A DNA stretch of 64,000 nt from Longimicrobiales bacterium. Its GTDB lineage: Bacteria; Gemmatimonadota; Gemmatimonadetes; Longimicrobiales; Gaopeijiaceae. The notes below the pieces were generated by a model. That model did no database searches, was not told where the DNA came from, and saw nothing but the letters and a program-made list of their open reading frames with translations. This document shows positions 59,792 through 64,000 of the stretch, in pieces. Within the stretch, counting starts at the first letter, position 1. Each line of letters starts with the position of its first letter. The position numbers and the translations under genes are program-made. The stretch lies in contig CBDFIQ010000002.1 of the NCBI GenBank assembly GCA_965248195.1, positions 384,001 through 448,000 on the forward strand, written 5' to 3'.

Positions 59792-60605
59792 GGGTCTGTT
59801 AACACTAAGGGCAATTTGTAGTATATTGGGGCTATGAAAATCACAGAGTCCCAATATCGTCGGATAGAGGCTTGCTTTCCGCATCAGCGCGGCAATGTGA
59901 GCATCTCCAATCTCGAAGTGCTTAACGCGATCCTGTATGTGGCCGAACACGGCTGCAAATGGCGGGGGTTGCCTCCGCGTTTCGGTAACTGGCATACGAT
60001 CTACACCCGAATGAATCGCTGGGCCAGGGCAGGTGTGCTGGATCGTGTCTTTGCGGCCCTGCAAGACGAGCAAATTATCCGGATCAAGATCCAAGCTCTG
60101 TCGATCGACAGTACCATCGTCAAGGTGCACCCTGATGGCACCGGCGCTCTAAAAAAAAACGGCCCGCAGGCCATCGGCAAGTCGCGTGGAGGCTGGACCA
60201 CCAAGATTCATATGGTTGCCGCAGATGCTCGAACCGCGATAACCTTCTCGCTATCGCCAGGCCACAAGCACGACGCGCCGGAAGGACGGGAACTGCTACG
60301 CACGTTGAAGCCGGTACATTCCACAGTGTCCATGATCATGGACCGGGCGTACGAGGGGGGCGAAACACGGCAATTGGTGTTGGAGCTGGGGTTTACGCCG
60401 GTCGTGCCACCCAAGCAGGGCCGTGTTAACCCGTGGCAGTATGACCGAGTCATGTATCGCCGTCGTAACGAAATAGAGCGGTTATTTCGGCGACTCAAAG
60501 GCTTCAGAAGAATCTTCTCCCGCTTTGACAAGCTCGACGTGATGTTTACCGCCTTCATCCACTTCGCGCTCATCGTCGAAGCCCTCAGATAGTGTTAACA
60601 GGCCC
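59792..60605 (+). mobile_element. IS5-family insertion sequence (814 bp)
   Basis: IRs GGGTCTGTTAACACTA and TAGTGTTAACAGGCCC; TA target duplication. Confidence 0.93.
59834..60592 (+). CDS. IS5 family transposase
   Basis: GCKWRGLP..FGNWHTIY, IDST, SRGGWTTKIH, DRAY, RNEIERLF.RLK. Confidence 0.95.
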   Translation: MKITESQYRRIEACFPHQRGNVSISNLEVLNAILYVAEHGCKWRGLPPRFGNWHTIYTRMNRWARAGVLDRVFAALQDEQIIRIKIQALSIDSTIVKVHPDGTGALKKNGPQAIGKSRGGWTTKIHMVAADARTAITFSLSPGHKHDAPEGRELLRTLKPVHSTVSMIMDRAYEGGETRQLVLELGFTPVVPPKQGRVNPWQYDRVMYRRRNEIERLFRRLKGFRRIFSRFDKLDVMFTAFIHFALIVEALR

Positions 60606-61039
60606 TAATACAACACTCCGTATTTGTGGCCGCCGCCATTGGACTCAGGCTGCCTCTCGACCTGTCCGAACTGCGGGATCTCGGGACCGAGCGGCGAGTC
60701 GCACACGCCGAGCGCGGGGATGATCGCGAACACGGCGATTATCGGTCGCTGCCTTTGCAAAGTTAGGCCTACCCCCTGCAAAGAGGATCTAGGGAGTCGG
60801 CGTTTGGGTCTCCCTAGAATCATCGACTTGATGTCCCGAACGGACCCCACCGGCAAGGCCTGCAGCGATAGTCTTCCTTGGCCCGCGGGTGGCATTTGGC
60901 GCTGCAAGCAGCCCCGGACACTGACCGGACCCAGGGACGTACCCTGGACGTGGGTCGGTCTGGGCAACATTATGACGCTCCAAGCTCTGCACCGCTCATC
61001 GGGGCCGCCGCACGGCCTCATGCCCGATGGAGGAGACTG

Positions 61040-62227
61040 ATGAAAGGCAAGCCCGTTTTCGCGATCACTCTGCTCGCATTCATACTGGCGCTCGCCGTCG
61101 GCCAGATCCTCCTCCAGGAGAGAGTCGAGGCGGTGCAGCAGGCCATGGTCGAAGTGCCCCTGTTCGAGGTCGATCCCTTCTGGCCCAAACCGCTTCCGAA
61201 CCACTGGGTCCTGGGCAACGTGATTGGTGTGGGCATCGATTCGCGTGACCACGTCTTCATCGTCCACCGCCGGGACGCACTGAATCCGGGGAACGAGGGA
61301 AACGTGGGGCCGGATCAGCCGGACGCCATGTGTTGTGAAGCGGCTCCCAACGTGCTGGAGTTCGATGTGGAGGGGAATCTGGTGAATCACTTCGGTGGGC
61401 CGGGCGGCCAGTACACTTGGCCGGTATCGAATCACGGTCTTCAGGTGGACCCCATGGACAACATCTGGATCGGCGGGAACGGCCAGGGCGATTCCCACAT
61501 TCTCAAGTTCACGCGGGACGGCCGTTTCCTGATGCAGGTGGGGGACCCCGGACAGGGAGTCGACTCCAACAGCAGGTCGCACTTCTCTCGGGTGACGAAG
61601 GTCTCCTTCGACCAGAACGGCGACGAGGCCTTCGTCGGGGACGGATACGGAAACAAGCGAGTCGTCGTCTTGGACTCCGACACCGGCGAATTCCTGCGTT
61701 ACTGGGGTGCCTATGGCAATAGGCCGGACGACGCGGATCTGGGCTCCTTCGATCCGGATGCGCGGCCGGCCCAGCAGTTCCGTGGACCGGTCCACTGCGC
61801 GGAGCCCTCCAATGACGGCCTCGTCTACGTCTGCGACCGGACGGCCAATCGTCTCCAGGTCTTCCAGCAGGACGGAACCTTCGTCGAGGAGGTCTTCATC
61901 GAGCCCAGGACGCTAGGCGCCGGCTCCACCTGGGAGATTGCCTTCTCGCCAGACGACGACCAGCGCTTCATGTACCTGGCCGACGGCCAGAACCGGAAGA
62001 TCCACGTGATGGACCGGGAGAGCCTCGAAGTGCTGTACACCTTCGGTGATGGTGGCCGCCAGCCAGGACAGTTTTACGGCGTCCATAGCATCGAGACGGA
62101 CTCGCAAGGCAACCTATACACCACCGAGACCTGGGAGGGGAAGCGCCTCCAAAAGTTCGTCTACCGAGGGATGGGCAGGGTCGAGAGAGGCTCGGATCAG
62201 GGCGTGCTCTGGCCCACGGACCAGTGA
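61040..62227 (+). CDS. Secreted NHL-repeat beta-propeller protein
   Basis: FEVDPFWPKPLPNHW, GDGYGNKRV, CDRTANRLQVF, FYGVHSI; GGAGGA RBS. Confidence 0.9.
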   Translation: MKGKPVFAITLLAFILALAVGQILLQERVEAVQQAMVEVPLFEVDPFWPKPLPNHWVLGNVIGVGIDSRDHVFIVHRRDALNPGNEGNVGPDQPDAMCCEAAPNVLEFDVEGNLVNHFGGPGGQYTWPVSNHGLQVDPMDNIWIGGNGQGDSHILKFTRDGRFLMQVGDPGQGVDSNSRSHFSRVTKVSFDQNGDEAFVGDGYGNKRVVVLDSDTGEFLRYWGAYGNRPDDADLGSFDPDARPAQQFRGPVHCAEPSNDGLVYVCDRTANRLQVFQQDGTFVEEVFIEPRTLGAGSTWEIAFSPDDDQRFMYLADGQNRKIHVMDRESLEVLYTFGDGGRQPGQFYGVHSIETDSQGNLYTTETWEGKRLQKFVYRGMGRVERGSDQGVLWPTDQ

Positions 62228-62252
62228 CGGAAATCGGTTGACGGAAATCGGT
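62225..62252. repeat. 14-bp tandem duplication TGACGGAAATCGGT x2
   Basis: Seen at the NHL gene stop codon. Confidence 0.8.
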
Positions 62253-62447
62253 TTGACCGGAACCGTCATACCTTCGGACTGGACACTTCGATGGCCCAGG
62301 AGGCCTTCGGTGCAGCGCCCGTGCCGTGAGCCAGTCCGTCTCCGTGCGCATCTCGTCGAACCGCAAGGACGACCAAGAGCATCAGCTCGCTTGAATTCGT
62401 GGGTGAGTTCCGGGGCAGTGGCACACGACTCCGTCAAAGTCCGTTAT

Positions 62448-62592
62448 GCGCCCACGAGCGCTCGACTCATATCTGATAAGCGTGAGGTCGGTAGTTCGAG
62501 TCTACCCAGGCCCACTTTTAAGTAATAGCCCCGTAAGGTCTTACGGCCTGCGGGGCTTTGATGTATCAGGAAAGGTCTGAGGGCTGTAGCAG
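62448..62592 (+). repeat. att junction 3: short right arm, perfect tRNA 3'-half copy, hairpin, left arm
   Basis: GCGCCCACGAGCG..GACTCATAT, core 62473-62514, AGCCCCG..CGGGGCTTT, GATGTATCAGGAAAGGTCTGAGGGCTGTAGCAG. Confidence 0.95.
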
Positions 62593-62737
62593 AAACTCCA
62601 CGTCGACAAGTGTCAATCAAGACAACGGGACGGCACGGTTCCCCCGACTGGTCCACGCCCTCCTCCCCCCTCGCCCGAAACGTATCCCCCGCCACATTTT
62701 CCTTCCCAAGCCCGACTTCCCTGGCATAATCTAGACT

Positions 62738-63242
62738 ATGAAGAACGTTCTCCTCACCACGAGTTTGGCCCTGGGCTTAACAGGCTGCGGGGACGGATTG
62801 AAGACGTCAGATTGGAAGACTTACCGGAACGAAGAGTTTGGGTTTACGGCGAAGTATCCGTCAACATGGACAGTAGGAGGCCGGGCGATCGACAATAACA
62901 CAGGTGAGGTCGTCTCCATTTCGTTTCAGGGGCCTCACGAGAACGGGCAACCCAGAGCCTTGGTCCAATTTTCTCTTCAACGGAACGGAAACTCTCAAGG
63001 GCTTTCTATCGGTCAATGGTATGCCGATCAACGCGAAAAAATCGAGTCCGCCGCTGGAGAAGATGTCCCTTCTGGAGAAAATGTCACCGTGGGCGGAAGG
63101 CCAGCGAAATTGATGAGCATTTCAGGACAGGAAAGGTATTTCATTGCCCGAGTCAGATATTCTATCGATTGCCTATGTTTCCCAAGAGTCGTTTGATCCT
63201 ATATACGAGACGATTCTCTCGACAGTGAAATTCATGGAATAA
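62738..63242 (+). pseudogene. PsbP-related lipoprotein, frameshifted near 63148
   Basis: Lipobox LTG-C, DWKTYRNEEFGFTAKYP; the C-terminus SDILSIAY..FDPIYETILSTVKFME* lies in another frame. Confidence 0.75.
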
Positions 63243-63252
63243 CGCGGGGGTC

Positions 63253-63314
63253 GAGCCACTCCGAGGGTCGCTCTGGCCTCGTGGGGCTTCGATGTAACAA
63301 GAAAGGCTGAGGGC
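63253..63314 (+). repeat. Orphan, degenerate element left end
   Basis: GAGCC..CCTCGTGGGGCTTC-GATGTAACAAGAAAGGCTGAGGGC. Confidence 0.8.
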
Positions 63315-63380
63315 GCTCCTCCTCACCTACCTCAATCTTCCCAACCGGCCTCTCCCCTGACCGCCACCCTCGCCCTGCGG

Positions 63381-64000
63381 CTAGTGGTGGTAGACGGCGC
63401 TGAAGCGCTCCCGTTGCTCCGCGCTACCTAGGGCAACGAGCGTCGAGCCCTTAACTAGCCGCTGGTCGGGCGGCAGATTCGTGACCAACTGCCCGTCCTT
63501 CTGGACGCCGATCACGTTCAGGCCGGTGCGCGCGCCGATCCCCGCGTCGGCGAGCGTCTTGTCGGCGAGCGACTGCGGGAGCGGCACGTAGAAGAGATCA
63601 ACGCCCTCACCCAGCACGATGAGCTCGCGTCCCTGCACGATCGAGTACACCGTCTTCACCCCTAAGGACGCGTAGCTCAAGACGAAGTCGGCGCCGGCGC
63701 GCTGGATAGCCTCGACGTTCCGCTCGTGCGTGACCCGGGTCAGGATACGCACGTTGGGATTGAGCCGCCGGCAGTACACCGTCAGGTAGACGTTCATCGC
63801 ATCGTCGTGCGTCGTGAGCAGGATGCACGGCGTCTCGGCGATCCCCGCTTCGTCAAGTATGCGCCGGTCGGCCGCGTCGCCCAGAAACAACCGGTCGGGA
63901 ATGCTCGCGATTTGCGACTCCAGTTCCGGGTTGCGTTCCACCATATGCACTGGGATCTCCCGCCGCTTGAGGGCCATAGCGGCGGCCCGCCCCACCTTGC
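63381..64000 (-). CDS. TrkA-N/TrkA-C (RCK) potassium channel family protein, 5' end outside window
   Basis: KVGRAAA..GDAAD..L..AGI..DDAMN..AGADFV; TrkA-C TGLNVIGV. Confidence 0.9.
   Translation of the reverse strand, partial: KVGRAAAMALKRREIPVHMVERNPELESQIASIPDRLFLGDAADRRILDEAGIAETPCILLTTHDDAMNVYLTVYCRRLNPNVRILTRVTHERNVEAIQRAGADFVLSYASLGVKTVYSIVQGRELIVLGEGVDLFYVPLPQSLADKTLADAGIGARTGLNVIGVQKDGQLVTNLPPDQRLVKGSTLVALGSAEQRERFSAVYHH

Larger units (their letters stand above)
57820..62514. mobile_element. Island unit 3 (about 4.7 kb), no integrase seen
   Basis: Bounded by tRNA 3'-half copies at 57820 and 62473. Confidence 0.8.

Noticed and set aside
60606..60790. Lipoprotein-like N-terminus (ALGVCDSPLGPE) possibly cut by IS5
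   Set aside because: Removing the IS yields an immediate TAG in that frame, so no gene can be reconstructed.
45013..62514. Additional tRNA-Ile genes at the three repeats
   Set aside because: Only the 3' half is present; the 5' acceptor strand and D-arm are missing.

Overview
A GC-rich bacterial window, probably Gemmatimonadota. That lineage is inferred from the PadR/ADOP permease pairs, Ig-like lipoprotein, membrane Ser/Thr kinase and NHL proteins. The left half (1-35.3 kb) holds mixed housekeeping and accessory genes: a >1225-aa secreted GH88/105 fusion protein missed by the ORF track, divergent ilvB/ilvN, two PadR-ADOP modules, toxin-antitoxin genes, hemB-hemE, a cysteine synthase-rhodanese/persulfide dioxygenase/MFS block, and a Tat flavoprotein-cytochrome c operon. 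The right half is organised by tRNA-Ile(GAT) at 35342-35415. Its 42-bp 3' half, starting exactly at the anticodon loop, recurs at 45013, 57820 and 62473. Each copy is preceded by a conserved right-arm motif (CCCACGAGCG units and CTCATAT; TGTAACA twice in two copies) and followed by a whole or partial hairpin. A conserved left-arm motif follows one copy and also occurs as three orphan copies (39812, 48195, 63253). No integrase is present in the window. The cargo is a mosaic of short blocks, several ending in truncated genes (sufD', DUF2203', ATP-grasp'). This integrase-less, tRNA-anchored tandem cassette array is the best candidate for an undescribed system. Cargo highlights are a UGA/Sec CUAEP-tail radical SAM gene, a Cys-rich MarR with three candidate operators over iscA-sufE-nfuA and a ferredoxin, a MarR operon ending in a deiodinase-like gene, and two IS elements.
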